DNA of 64,000 nt from Octopus vulgaris (GCA_951406725.2 OX597828.1:46066001-46130000), one strand, 5' to 3'. Shown: positions 1 to 13,510, numbered from the stretch's first letter. Made by a program: numbers and translations. Notes: generated by a model from the sequence alone, not told the origin.

Positions 1-937
1 ATCCCCTATTTGTGGAGGATGCCCTAGATTATTCTGCTTGAAACGGCACATGTTTGAGTATCACCAAGCGATCCCTCGACAAGTACCAGCATCTTCGCTA
101 ACACCTCGGTCACAGATTTGAAATCTGCTTTTAGCCACTTTATGCGCCTAATAATATATATATGTGTTCCCTCTTTGTTTGGGTACTTTCTCAGCAGTTC
201 CACCGATCGTCGACTAAAAGGACTAGGAATAATCCCGTGCAGCTGCAAGTTGTGATTAATATTTGTATGTGACATGCCTCCAAATAGTCCTCGTATTCAA
301 AAATAATGGTCGCAGGGTACATAATCCAGACGATTTGAACGTACAATAAATCATCACTTTTCTTATCTTCGCAAATGTTATTAGCTTTTTGTAACACTCA
401 ACCTCCCTTGCCGAGATTCGCGGTAAGACCTTCCAGGTAAGTATTAAAGTCCATCCTACGTTCCGGTTCAAAACAATCGCTGGAAGTGCTTCTGAAATAC
501 GGTACATGTCTTTTCAGGTTCAAGTACCATGCACGGATTATGGTCCGCAAAAGACTGAATTAAGGATCTTTTCCATTTTGTGCCTCCGTCACTTGAGCCT
601 CTGACGCGTCTTAAAATACGTACCTTACCTCTGACAATGCAACCTCCGTGCAATGCGCTGAAGGATTGGTCGGGGGCCCATCTCACCACGAACACTCCAG
701 CTGCGATGCCTTTCCTATGAACCTCTTCTAAGTTTGTAAGATTCTAAGATGCCTTATATTATTTCTCCTTTTAGCGTTACGCTCCTAATAAATTTATTTG
801 ATTCTGCTCCAATCACTTATAGCAAACCATCATTTGCTGCTGACGATTAAGTCTGTCAACGTCCGTTTAACAAATTCGCTAATACGCTCTAAATATACTC
901 AGTGCGCCAGCAATGTTTCGCTCAGTTTTTATTAACC
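1..937 (-). mobile_element. Probable 5' portion of a decayed R2/NeSL-like non-LTR retrotransposon (continues beyond window start)
   Basis: Overlapping frameshifted minus-strand ORFs with a C2H2-like motif (YCTFKSSGLCT..FLNTRTIWRHV) followed by a Myb-like segment (ELLRKYPNK..YIIRRIKW); the 5' end abuts TA/CA microsatellite; same strand as the RLE fragment at 1535-2070. Confidence 0.35.
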
Positions 938-947
938 GTGTATATAT

Positions 948-1353
948 TACTCTTTTACTCTTTTACTTGTTTCAGTCATTTGACTGCGGCCATGCTGGAG
1001 CACCACCTTTAGTCGAGCAAATCGACCCCGGAACTTAATCTTTGTAAGCCCAGTACTTATTCTATCGGTCTCTTTTGCCGAACCGCTAAGTGTCGGGGAC
1101 GTAATCACACCAGCATCGGTTGTCAAGCAATGCTAGGGGGTCAAACACAGACACACAAACATATACACACACATACATATATATATATATATACATATAT
1201 ACGACGGGCTTCTTTCAGTTTCCGTCTACCAAATCCACTCACAAGGCTTTGGTCGGCCCGAGGCTATAGTAGAAGACACTTGCCCAAGATGTCACGCAGT
1301 GGGACTGAACCCGGAACCATGTGGTTGGTAAGCAAGCTACTTACCACACAGCC
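948..1353 (-). mobile_element. tRNA-derived SINE family A (octopus type), head slightly truncated
   Basis: Reverse complement of head TGGCTGTGTGGTAAG..GGTTCAGTCCC (A/B boxes), central (TA)/(CA) tract and GTAAAAGA-repeat tail; more than 10 copies in the window. Confidence 0.9.
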
Positions 1354-1357
1354 AAAA

Positions 1358-1395
1358 CTGTCTGATGAACGGCAACGAGAAACTCAGAGTAACAG
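1358..1395 (+). ncRNA. Minimal type I hammerhead ribozyme in a short Penelope-type terminus
   Basis: CTGT-CTGATGA-aCG(GCAA)CGa-GAAACT(cag)AGTA^-ACAG: stem I CTGT/ACAG, canonical core, short stem II with GNRA loop, GUA triplet; about 35 bp of tail, then (TA)n. Confidence 0.75.
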
Positions 1396-1424
1396 ATTTT
1401 GTTGAATTTTCTGCTGCTTAAAAT

Positions 1425-1528
<104 letters not shown>

Positions 1529-1534
1529 TGTGTG

Positions 1535-2070
1535 TGTCCTTGGATACTCTGAGTATTGACTTTGCCAACTCTTTCCCTTTGATTATATTGGGTAGTCCCA
1601 CTCATGCTCCGTCATTAGCGACACGTACGAACGTAGGCACTACAGAAAAGTCAGTCCTTGGGAGACTCCCACTGCTCTGCCAAAGGAACATATGAACCAC
1701 CTATTTGTCAAATCCAGTTTATTTGTCATTATTGTATTTTTTCTGATTTTTTTAATATGCCTAGTCTTCATACAGGGATCCTGCCCGCAAGATCCCCATA
1801 CTGGGAGCTAATCTCTCAGAATATTGTATGTCTGGATCATGGCCGTCTTGCTGAGTAGTCTTCGGAATGACTTATCCTTAATACCCAAGGCATCTAGCGC
1901 CGCACTCGCAGGCCGGCACCAGGCACCACAGGCACCGATTAGGAGTCCATGCACCTCTACCGGCCGGTCAAATTCCTCCAAAAGCAATGGTATGAGCGGT
2001 CGATATTTGTGCACTTTCTCAAGAGATGCCTGTTTCGAGGCATCTCGCCGCTCCAAGCTTTAGTAACCTT
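1535..2070 (-). mobile_element. 3' end (RLE endonuclease C-terminus + 3' UTR) of an R2/NeSL-like non-LTR retrotransposon, 5'-truncated
   Basis: ORF 1808-2056 EKVHKYRPL..VEVHGLLIGACGAW..LDALG is typical of RLE C-termini; flanked by microsatellite on both sides. Confidence 0.75.
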
Positions 2071-2505
2071 GTATATATATATATATATATATATATATGC
2101 ATTTGTGTGTGTGTGTTTTTATGTGTGTGTGCGTGTGTGTATGTGTGCGCGTGCGGATGTGTATGGAAAAGAGTTTTTGCAAGGAATTCTTGATATATTA
2201 AGACAATTTGGAGAAACTTAAAGGTTATTAAATTGTGGGCGAAAAAGCGTCTCAATATCTGCAGTTTAAGTCGCGTGTTGGAAAAATTCTAAAAGAAAGT
2301 ACTCACAATCTATAACTTTATATTAGTTGTTTGTCTCGTAATTATAAGTTCAAATTATCTTTCTTCATTGAAGTCGACTGAAGTTTATCGTCGATATATA
2401 GTGGTAAATATATAAACATTTATATGTATGTGTGTGAGTGTGAGTATATAAGTACCACTATTTATCGACGATAGACTTCCATCTACTTGACATAGAAGGC
2501 AAGCA

Positions 2506-2895
2506 ACGGATGGAAGCACTCCGTCGGTTACGACGACGAGGTTTCCGGTTGATCCGAATCAACGGAACAGCCTGCTCGTGAAATTAACGTGTAAGTGGCT
2601 GAGCACTCCACAGACACGTATACCCTTAACGTAGTTCTTGGGGATATTCAGCGTGACACAGAGAGTGACAAGGCCGGCCCTTTGAAATACAGGTACAACA
2701 GAAACAGGAAGTTAGAGTGAGATAAAGTTGTAGTGAAAGAGTACAGCAGGGATCACCACCATCCCCTGCCGGAGCCTCGTGGAGCTTTTGGTGTTTTCGC
2801 TCAATAAACACTCACAACGCCCGGTCTGGGAATCGAAACCGCAATCCTATGACCGCGAGTCCGCTACCCTAACCACTGGGCCATTGCGCCTCCAC
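2506..2895 (-). mobile_element. tRNA-derived SINE family B, full length
   Basis: Head GGAGGCGCAATGGCCCAGTGGTTAGGG..GGTTTCGATTCCC; 10-bp TSD AAGGCAAGCA at 2496-2505 and 2896-2905; homologous to 61217-61602. Confidence 0.9.
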
Positions 2896-3182
2896 AAGGC
2901 AAGCATTAGTTACGAGAGAAAGCTATAAAATATGTTGTCAAAAACTTCGTGTGAATCGATGCAGAAGAGTAAAGAAACATCACCTACAAACCTGAATCGA
3001 CAATCGACATTCTACTGCCACATTCTGATTTGTTTCTTGTCTCACCCAACTGCAGATTTCTAATTACAAATTTTGAACATATTAATTATACTTCCATGGT
3101 TGACTTTCTATACCCTTTGATTACACGAAGTTTGTAGAAGTTCTACTTACGAGAGTTAATTTCTAAAGCCAGGTTCAAAAGG

Positions 3183-3241
3183 CGTCACTTTGTGACACTT
3201 TGTGACACTTTGTTACACTTTATGACACTTTGTGACACTTG
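3183..3241. repeat. 10-bp tandem repeat (GTGACACTTT), about 5-6 copies
   Basis: Directly visible. Confidence 0.85.
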
Positions 3242-3276
3242 TACGTCTAAATTGAGGATGCATAGCTTAGTCCATT

Positions 3277-3712
<436 letters not shown>

Positions 3713-4807
3713 GTTTCAGATATCACCAGAAAAAGGTAATTAAAATTCATCAAAATGACAGATCTATCGGACTTTGAAACATGTCAAATTGTTGGTGCTC
3801 GTATGACGGGCACTAGCGTAACGAAAACAGCCGAAATGTTTGGTGTATCAAGAAGTACTGTCTCGAAAGTAATGACAGAATTTGAGAAAGAGGGATAAAC
3901 CTCGTGAAAACAAAACTCTGGAAAAAAGCCAAAACTATCAGATAGGGACCGTCGGACATTTACGCGAATTGTTAGAAAGGATCACGAGATTACAGTTCCC
4001 AAAATTACTGCAAGGCTTAATGACCACCTCTAGAACACAGTTTTCACAGAAACTGTTCCCCGGGAGCTGCACTAAAACGGAATTCACGGGAGGGCTTCAA
4101 TCAGAAAACCACTTCTTTCAAAAACAAACGTTGCAAAATATTTAGAGTAGAGTGAAAACATACAGAATTGGTCGCTAGAGCAGTGGAATAATGTTATTTT
4201 CTCGGACGAGTCATCCTTTACCTTGTTTCCGACCAACGACCGAGTATACCTGGGGAGACAGCGAAAAGAAGCATTTGACCCAGACTGCCTTCTTCCAACT
4301 GTTAAGCATGAAGGATGATCTGTGATGATCTTGGAAATCCGCCGATTCAATGGTTTCCCTTCATGGCAGAATTAAGTCAAGACTATTTAAACATTTTATC
4401 TAATCAAATTCATTCTATGTTTGCAGAGAGATACGCAATCTTTCAGCATGGTAATGGACCACTTCACACAGCTAAAATTGTTACTGAATGACACTAGGAA
4501 CATTCTAGTGAAGTTGAACATCTTATATGGCCACCACAGTCCACATATCTCAATATTATTGAACATTTATGGTGCATTTCAGAAAAACAAGTAAGGAGTC
4601 GATATCTTCCACCATCATCACTACAATAACTGGAGACAGTTTTAGCTGAAGAAAGGACAAATATTCCTTTGGAAACAATTCAAACTTTGCACGAGTCCAT
4701 ACCTTTTAGAATTCAAACTGTAATTCCTACCAAAGACAGTCATATTCCATATTAAAATAAATTTGTTTAAAATGTTAAGGTGTTTCCATTATTTTGTTCA
4801 ACCCCTG
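3713..4807 (+). mobile_element. Tc1-like DD34E transposon, left end lost, transposase pseudogene
   Basis: MTDLSDFETCQIVGARMTG start at 3755; VIFSDESSF and WPPQSTYLNIIEHLW motifs with stops; right TIR ..TTCCATTATTTTGTTCAACCCCTG+TA; same family as 59539-60768. Confidence 0.9.
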
Positions 4808-4836
4808 TATAAATATATATATGCATGCACACACAC

Positions 4837-4880
<44 letters not shown>

Positions 4881-4884
<4 letters not shown>

Positions 4885-5087
4885 CTTGTTTCAGTCATTT
4901 GACTGCGGCCATGCTGGAGCACCGCCTTTAGTCGAGCAAATCGACCCCGGGACTTATTCTTTGTAAGTCTAGTACTTATTCTATCGGTCTCTTTTGCCGA
5001 ACCGCTAGGTGACGGGGACGTAAACACACCAGCATTGGTTGTCAAGCAATGCTAGGGGGACAAACACAGACACACAAACACACACAC

Positions 5088-5158
<71 letters not shown>

Positions 5159-5322
5159 TATATACGACAGGCTTCTTTCAGAGTCCGTCTACCAAATCCA
5201 CTCACAAGGCATTGGTCGGCCCGAGGCTATAGCAGAAGACACTTGCCCAAGATGCCACGCAGTGGGACTGAACCCGGAACCATGTGGTTGGTTAGCAAGC
5301 TACTTACCACACAGCCACTCCT
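4881..5322 (-). mobile_element. SINE family A
   Basis: Near full-length copy inserted in (TA)n. Confidence 0.9.
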
Positions 5323-5369
5323 GTATATATATATATACATACAGACACTCGTAGTAATGATTGTTCTGC

Positions 5370-6250
5370 ACTCGAGGTTTTACATTAAACCTTAAGTATT
5401 ACAAGGTATGATTTGTAGAGTGCATATTCATTCTTCAAAACAATAATAGTGTTGATAGTGACTTCGATGTCCAAGCCTGGTCTATCTTTATCGGACAGTT
5501 TTACATTTGATCTCTTCTTGGCTTATATATAATCTCTTGTATGTTTAAATGTTCTAGGATAAGTGGAAATCTGTTGTATAATTATGATGTCGGATAGCTT
5601 CTGGTGTAAAGATAATATGGAAGAAGTTCGTTGGTTAACCTTGGAGCTATATTTTTATTCAGTATTCATTCAAGTATGTACAACGTAGTAATCAGTTGTG
5701 TTTATTTAGCTATATATGTCAGCTATAGATGGACGTTGTTTATTTTAGTTGAATACAAAAGAGAGATTCCAACTGATTGTTTTAGATGTGTGGTGGATAT
5801 AGCTGAGTTGCAGCAAGTTTTTAAAATGTTGTAATTAGGTGTGTGTATTTAGGCGTGTCATCTTTAGGTCAGAAATGTTTTACATGTTCACAAAAGAATG
5901 TGAGTAGGTGGAAAGTTTAAGTGGTCTTAATATTTCTTTACTTACTGTTGGTTATACTTAGGAGAGTTAACCTGTCTATTATGGGAAATTGAAAGCTATT
6001 GTTTAGTGTTCAGTCAAGCATGTAATGGTGTCAGCTTTTGGACATGTTTTTCGTATTAAACCGAAAGGTTAATTGGTCAGCAAGTTTTTCACTAGGACTT
6101 GATTTTTCTTGGTGATATTTGATTACTATTTAGAAAATTTAACTTTTGTCCTTAGGAAAGTAAAGTTTGTTTACAATCTTCAGATATTTTTTACGTATTC
6201 GGTTCCATGCGTGGGTATCAGAAATAATATTTATAATATATTAATTGAGG
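5370..6250 (-). pseudogene. Possible highly decayed Penelope-like RT thumb / Zn-linker region
   Basis: Weak remnants on the minus strand (NTKQ*LS resembling TDTKQYL; CKT and FNVK linker-like segments); many stops. Confidence 0.25.
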
Positions 6251-7102
6251 CATATCATTATACTAAAATGTGGGGTATTCTAATTATGTGTGCATATAAT
6301 TATATATAAAAATGGATACAGAAAATAAATTTTCAAAGCAGGTTAATCCCCGAAAATCTCTGCATGTATATGTGCATGTATGTATGTGTTCATATATGTA
6401 TGTAGGTATGTGTGTGTAGTGCGTGTGTGCGTGTGTGTAAGTGCGTCTATCTAATGCACTTATATTACAAAAGTTTTGTGGATCTTTTGGTTGGAATTTA
6501 GATAACTTTTAGATAATTTCTACAGCAGTTGTTTAGTGAAAAGCTGTAACGTTAGTGCATATGTATATTTGAGGGATAATTTCTGTGGATGAGGTGGAGA
6601 GAAAAGTAGGTTTTATATTATCATTAGAAAAAATATTCGTGTAAAATATCTGTCTCTTCAAGATTTTGTATACTCAGGAAGAGACAAATGCAAATTTTTT
6701 ATTCAGAATTATTCATAAATATGAGAATGCTGTAAGATCTTTTTTTGTTCTCATTTAAGGGTGTTTTGTGAGACAAAATTTCCTAAATAATGCTAACTAG
6801 TTATTTTTTAAAATTTATTTTAATGTCCATAGATGTTTGGATAATGAGGTGTTATTTTCTTCAGTTTGAGTTGCTACAATTATGTTTGTGTTGGTTGTTA
6901 TGGAAGAGTAATCATAGATCCCATCAGTAAAAGAATAGAAGGAAACACATGTGAACGTACACACTCGCGCGCGCACAAGGGTTTATATATATGCATTCAT
7001 TCACACACTTACTACTACAGAAATGTATACGTGCACACACATACACTCATACAGACGCATATATAGCACTATATCTCAAAATCTCCCCCACACCCACCCA
7101 CC

Positions 7103-7316
7103 CAGAACAAAATCTCCGACCAAATCCTTCCGGACAAAATTCCCCGGAATTTAATATCTCCCAGGATATTCTTCTTTCTTTACAATAAAAATATTTTAGG
7201 AAAATTAAATTTTATAAAAAGCTTTAAAATATTTATTAGTTGATATATTTTTGTAAAATTTGTCCGGATGGATTTTGCCCGCAGTGGATTTTGTCATCGG
7301 TGACATTTTGTTCTCT
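7103..7316. mobile_element. MITE / foldback-type element with arrays of short subterminal repeats
   Basis: Left AGAACAAAATCTCCG/GGACAAAATTCCCC units are mirrored on the right by GGATTTTGCCC/GGATTTTGTC/CATTTTGTTCT around an AT-rich core. Confidence 0.55.
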
Positions 7317-7344
7317 TAACTGCATATATATGTATATACATATA

Positions 7345-7750
7345 GGCGCAGGAGTGGCTGTGTGGTAAGTAGCTTGCTAACCAACCACATGGTTGCGGGT
7401 TCAGTCCCACTGCGTGGCATCTTGGGGAAGTGTCTTCTGCTATAGCCCCGGGCCGACCAATGCCTTGTGAGTGGATTTGGTAGACGGAAACTGAAAGAAG
7501 CCTGTCGTATATATGTATATATATATGCGTGTGCGTGTGTTTTTGTGTCTGTGTCTGTCCCTCTAGCATTGCTTGACAACTGATGCTGGTGTGTTTACGT
7601 CCCCGTAACTTAGCGGTTCGGCAAAAGAGACCGATAGAATACGTACTGGGCTTACAAAGAATAAGTCCCGGGGTCAATTTGCTCGACTAAAGGCGGTGCT
7701 CCAGTATGGCCGCAGTCAAATGACTGAAACAAGTAAAAGAGTAAAAGAGT
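7345..7750 (+). mobile_element. SINE family A, full length
   Basis: GGCGCAGGAGTGGCTGTGTGG head through GTAAAAGAGTAAAAGAGT tail. Confidence 0.92.
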
Positions 7751-8327
7751 ATACATACACATATAAATGTTTTCATGTATAACCATATGTACACACACAC
7801 ATATAGACCCTACAAACAGGGCCTATGAGGACAGAGTACAGCCGGTGTATTGCTTTGATTTCCAAAGATCTCAGCAGAAACTGGGACTTACAAGAAAGAG
7901 CCCTGTGAATTTCTGATTGCGAGAAAGTATTTCATAGCACTTCTCAAATGTGAAAAAACCGCAACTTGTTTTCGCATCGCAAATTCATATCGGAGGCTAT
8001 GTACACAGAGACACGCACTAGGGCGCATGCGTTCATGCTTGCGTATCAATACACATAGAAATAAACAGGAAGACAAACAGAGAGACAAGGTAGAACGTAT
8101 AAGAACATTAATAAAATGGTGAAATTGAAATGCATTGCATCGTGAAAGGTTATATGGCTATAGACACACGCTCGCGCGTACATTCTCTCACGGACATAAA
8201 CAGTATACATGAATTTTTAAAAAAATATTTATGTATTTGTAAATACATTACTGAATAAATGCACACACACGCATATACATACAAACATATATAGATAAAT
8301 ATATATGTTTGCATGTATGTATGTCTG

Positions 8328-8394
<67 letters not shown>

Positions 8395-8395
<1 letters not shown>

Positions 8396-8634
8396 TTTAA
8401 AAAAAGGGAGATGTCGAACACGAGTGGTGATATATAAAAAAGGAAATGAAGAAAATGCTGACAAATAATTGAAGTAATTTAAGTAATTTAATTAGGTGAA
8501 AGTTCTTTTTACCGGTTGCGCATTTGTTATGCTTATCAAAATGCGCAACCGGTAAAAAGAACTTTCACCTAATTATATTACTTAAATTACTTCAATTATT
8601 TGTCAGCATTTTCTTCATTTCCTTTTTTATATAT
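8395..8634 (-). mobile_element. Fold-back Penelope-type terminus in (TA)n with variant hammerhead at the turn (8506-8541)
   Basis: About 95-bp inverted arms (8431-8525 / 8539-8634); minus strand reads TT-TTGATAA-GCAT(aacaa)ATGC-GCAAC(cg)GTA-AAAAG. Confidence 0.7.
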
Positions 8635-8680
8635 ATAAATATATATATGTATATGTAGAGGTATATATATGTTTATATAT

Positions 8681-9090
8681 AGGGGGAGAATTCACAAAAA
8701 AAACAGACGAAGACAGGTGGTGTAGACAACAAACAGATGTATTAGTTTAACGCTCGGAATGTGAAAATGTCTTTAACGTTTCGAGCCTACGCTCTTTCAC
8801 AGAAAGGAACACAGAAAAGAAACAAGGAGGGAAAATAAAGACTGTGTAGTGGCTTGCGATCTATCATGGCGAATGCCGGACAGAGGGGTCACACAGGAGA
8901 GCTTGGAAGAAGGGGGGATAATATAGTAGAGGTGATCCCAAAATGAAGTTAGGCGTGCGTGTGTATAAGAGAGCATGGATGTGCGTGTTGAAGAGGGTCG
9001 GTGACCTTGATGTGTGCGTGTGTGCTTGTGTAGGTGTCTGGATGATGGTGTGGGTGCTGGGACGTGGTCAGTGCTAGTGTGTGCGTGGTG
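8681..9090 (-). mobile_element. Penelope-type 3' UTR/pLTR, A6U hammerhead family copy 1 (motif 8771-8806)
   Basis: CTTT-CTGTGAA-A-GAGC(GTAG)GCTC-GAAAC-GTT-AAAG; the terminus ends in (TA)n; homologous copies at 9253, 28027 and 49894. Confidence 0.7.
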
Positions 9091-9252
9091 GTGTGATGTG
9101 ATGTTGTGTGGTATGGTGGTGTGTGGTGTGGTAGTGTGTGGTGTGGTGTGGGTTGTGGTGTGATGTGGTGGTGTTGGGATGTGGGGGAGGCGAATATATA
9201 TATATATTCTAATGTTTGTATATTTTGTTTATATATATATATATACATATTC

Positions 9253-9381
9253 AGGGAGAATTCACAAAAGAATAAAAGACGAAGACAGGTGGTGTAGACA
9301 ACAATCAGATGTATTAGTATAACGCTCGGGAAGTGAAAAAGATTTTAACGTTTCGAGCCTACGCTCTTCCACAGAAAGGAA
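9253..9381 (-). mobile_element. A6U hammerhead family copy 2 (motif 9343-9378)
   Basis: CTTT-CTGTGGA-A-GAGC(GTAG)GCTC-GAAAC-GTT-AAAA. Confidence 0.7.
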
Positions 9382-9649
9382 TATTTATATTTTATTTTGG
9401 GAATTGGTTTGCAAGATTCTTTATGTGAGTTCGTGTGTTGAAGCATATATTGTTGCGTCTGAGGAGAGCCATTCTCTTTTGTGCTTTATTATACAATACA
9501 CTGGACTAAATGAGATTGCAGTCCAGGATCACTATCAGTGCGTCAGCTGGATATTGACATGAGCTATGTACGTATCGCTAAGTTGATAATGAAATGCAGA
9601 GGGCTGTCCGGATGGAGTCTAAGAATTTTCAGAACAAGTAAGCAGGAAA

Positions 9650-10260
9650 CCTGACAAATGTGGCCTGAGGCACATTTGTTCTAAGTCGTTTTAACAATTC
9701 CTGTCAATTATGGTACGCTCCCACCTATGGTACGGTTTAAAAATAATAGTGGAAATCGAAGCAAGTTAACTAAAAGGAAGCTATACAAAAAATAATTGCC
9801 CCAGTTCAGCAGATTAGCTATTGGAAAAAACTCAAATAAATTAGTCTCTGTTCTGTGGAACGAAGGCGAGAAAGATATGCTTTAGTATCCACCTGTGCTA
9901 AAAAGCGGTTGAACGCGGTTTCAACGGCAGAATAGGCCACCGTTGTATAGCGCCAAAGGTCCCACACTTGCCATCAAAATACAGGAGCACATGCTGCAAT
10001 AGTTTAAGATTCAAAGTCTTAGAGCTCTTCAGTTTCAGCCCCCAAAACTTGAGAAACATTCATGAATGCCTTCAGAACAAAAGTAGATCTCCTGCAGCCA
10101 AGAGACCCTGATCGATCAACTTCACGGCAGGGAACGCAAATGAATGCAACAACATCAAACTCACTCATTCTCCAAAGGCCACCTATTAAAAGAGAAATAA
10201 TAGAAATGTAGCAAAGCAGTACCACAACATGGCCACAACTCTAGATTTGGAATGATTAAA
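9650..10260 (+). mobile_element. Decayed CR1/L2-group LINE 3' end
   Basis: Remnant YWKKLK..SLCSVERRRERY motif typical of the CR1/Crack RT C-terminus; multiple frameshifts. Confidence 0.6.
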
Positions 10261-10352
10261 ATCGTAATAAAACTTATAGATAAAAACACACACACACTAA
10301 TACTCGCGCGCGCATTGATATACATATGTACGTATGTACACACAGCTCTCTG

Positions 10353-10426
<74 letters not shown>

Positions 10427-10619
10427 TGTGTTATCTCTTCCGTTTTCCCTATCATGATCATTACGTAAGCAAACAACCTCCTACCATGCCTATCGTATAA
10501 GAAAACCCGCAGCCCCATCTGTGCCACCGTTTTTTAGCAACGTGCCACATGTGCTCACACCCCCATCAACGTCACCTTCAGCTTCCACTTACACCGGCAC
10601 CAGCAACGTTATCGTCGTT

Positions 10620-11480
10620 ACCAACACCACCACCACCACCACCACCACCACAACTACGACTACCACCACAACCACCACAACCACCATCGCCGATGCCACC
10701 AGCACCAGTACTATTATCGCTACCAGTGTTACCACCCCACCCACCCCCACCCCCGTCGCCGCCACCGCCGCCTCTGTGCCAAGGTGCCGCTAAAATATTT
10801 GGCCAACCTGCCTCTACTCGATGCTAAACTGGTGTCTGTAGACAACACCTGTCAACAAACCACTGGTGCTGAGGCATTGCGGAAGCTGTGATTGGTTGTA
10901 TCCTAGGGCAACGACTGCGAGAGAAAGAGAGCGCGCGCGAAAGAGAGAGTGAGAGAGAGAAAGAGAGAGAGAGAGTGTGCGTGTGTGTGTGTGTGCGTGT
11001 GTGTGAATGAGGGAGAGAGAGAGAGAGAGTGTGTGTGTGTGTGTAATGTGGTATAACATTGTGTTAGTGGTGGCGCTGGTGTTGTTGGTGTTTCTGTTTT
11101 GGTATTAGTGGTGGTTATGTTAGCGTTATGGGTGGTGGTAGGAGATATTGGTGGTGGTGGTGGTGGTGGTAGTGGTGGAATTGGAGGTGGTGGTGGTAGT
11201 GGTGGTGGTGGTAGTGGTGGTGGTGGTGGTGGTGGTGGTGGAGGTGGTGGTGGTGGTGGTGGTGGTGGTGGTGGTGGTGGTGGTGGTGGTGGTGGTAGTG
11301 GTAGTGGTAGTGGTAGTGGTGGTGGTGGTGCGTGTTGGTGGTCATGGTGGTAGTGGAGGTGGAGAGGGTGGGGGGTACAAAAAGCGTGGAAGTGTAAGGG
11401 TGGTGATGGATGTGAGGGTGGTTGTGGTGCCGGTGGTAGTGGTGCTGTTGCCAGGTGGTAGTGTGAGGTAGGTAGAGAGG

Positions 11481-11533
<53 letters not shown>

Positions 11534-11741
11534 GGTGGTGATGCTGGTGGGTGGTTGTGTGTGGTGGTGGAAGGTACTGATGGTGGTACTGGTTGCGCTA
11601 GTTATGGCGGCGGTGCTGTTGTTGTTGTTATTGGTGTTGGTGATGGTAGTATCGGTGGGTGGTAGAGTGAGGTGGTGTTAGTAACGGTGTTGATAGTGGT
11701 AGTTCTGTTGGTGGTATTGATGGTTGCGCTTGTAGAAGTAC

Positions 11742-11802
<61 letters not shown>

Positions 11803-12140
11803 GATGGTTGTAGTGGTGTTGATCGTGATAATGATGATGATGATGATGATGGTGATGATGGTGATGATGGTGATGGTGATGATGATGATAACGTTTGGTT
11901 AGTAGTGTGTGGTGATGAAAGCATATGTAGTGGTTGTGGTGGTGGGAGGTAGCGGTAGTGGTGACATCGGTGGTGGTGGTATCGGTGATAGTGGTCGTGT
12001 GCTGGTGGATATGGCTGTGTCATGGTGGTGGCGATGACGGCGGTAGTAGTGGTGGTTTTCGTAGATACGGTGGTGGCGGCGGCGGCGGTGGTGGTGGTAG
12101 TGGTGGTGGTGGTGGTGGTGGTGGTGGTGGTGATGGTGGC
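10620..12140. repeat. Low-complexity cluster: (ACC)n, (GA)n, (GT)n, (GGT)n, (GTT)n, (GAT)n
   Basis: Directly visible. Confidence 0.9.
10885..10912. promoter_or_regulatory. Candidate CCAAT box plus RFX X-box-like element
   Basis: GATTGG (reverse CCAAT) immediately followed by GTATCCTAGGGCAAC, a near match to GTNRCC-N0-3-RGYAAC, in a unique island between repeats. Confidence 0.25.
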
Positions 12141-12856
12141 GAGGATGCGGTGGTTATAGTACCGATGGTGCATATGTGCTTGTGTTTTTGTGCGCATGCG
12201 TATATATATGTTGCAGCCTTGTGTGTGAGTGTGTGTGTGTATGTGTGTGTGTGTATGTAAGTGGAGACTGCTAGATAGACAGATAGATAGATTGATAGAT
12301 AGATAGAGAGCGAGAGAGCGAGAGAAAGTGGAAGAGAGAAAGACAGAGCGAGTAAGAGGAGTGAGGAGGGGTGGCAGAGGGGGGAGGAAGGGCTGGCAGC
12401 TAAATCGGTCAGACTATCAGACAACCAGATAAACAGACAGACCAACAGACATTCATACGGTGAGACGAACAGACAGACAGGCAATGGCGGTTGTCGACCA
12501 AGTTTTCAGGGTGGTAATAACGACAAAGCTAAGTTTATATAACGTGATACTGTGTCGAACAGTCTGCCGACATTGATCTACATCTGTCTGTTTGTCCGCC
12601 TGTCTGTCGGCCTGTCTGTCTGCCTGTATGTCTGCCTGTCGGCATATCTGACAGTGTGCCTGTCCGCCTGCACGCTTGTCTGCCTGTCTGTCCGTCTGTC
12701 TGTCTGTCTGCTTTCATCTCTTCTCGCCCTCGCTATCTATCTCTGTCTCCCAACACTCTCCACATATATAGTAACAAACGCTCGCACACACACACACACA
12801 AACGTACACACACGCACACAAACATATGCACACATATACACACACATATATTCATA

Positions 12857-12887
<31 letters not shown>

Positions 12888-12916
12888 TTATATATATATA
12901 TATATATATTTATATA

Positions 12917-13077
12917 TTTCAACAATTGAGGGTAAAATTAATTAATTATTAATCAATTTCACCAAGTGTTCAGTATGCAAAGGGACCATTTAAGGCGAAT
13001 TCAAATTATTACATTATATAAAAGGGCAAAGTAATTTATTTTACTAAGCCCTTTTATATAATGTAATAATTTGAAAT
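12917..13077. mobile_element. Short fold-back terminus in (TA)n (28-bp arms)
   Basis: TTCAAATTATTACATTATATAAAAGGGC / GCCCTTTTATATAATGTAATAATTTGAA separated by 20 nt; same architecture as the hammerhead fold-backs, but no core retained. Confidence 0.55.
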
Positions 13078-13081
13078 TATA

Positions 13082-13222
<141 letters not shown>

Positions 13223-13296
13223 ACACACACACAAGCATATATACATAAACATACCCTCACGCACATGAAGTCATATAAATATATTCTTTTAAACTG

Positions 13297-13510
13297 TTAT
13301 TCTTTTACTTGTGTCAGTCATTTGACTGTGGCCATGCTGGAGCACCGCTTTTTAGTCGAAGAAATCGACCTCAGCACTTATTCTTTGTAAGCCTAGAACT
13401 TGTTATTTTATTGGCCACTTTTGCCGAACCACCTCGTTACGGAGACGTAAACACACCAACATAGGTTGTCAAGTGATGGTGGGGGGGACAAACACAGACA
13501 CACACAACAC
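13297..13510 (-). mobile_element. SINE family A tail half
   Basis: Homology to the family A tail. Confidence 0.8.
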
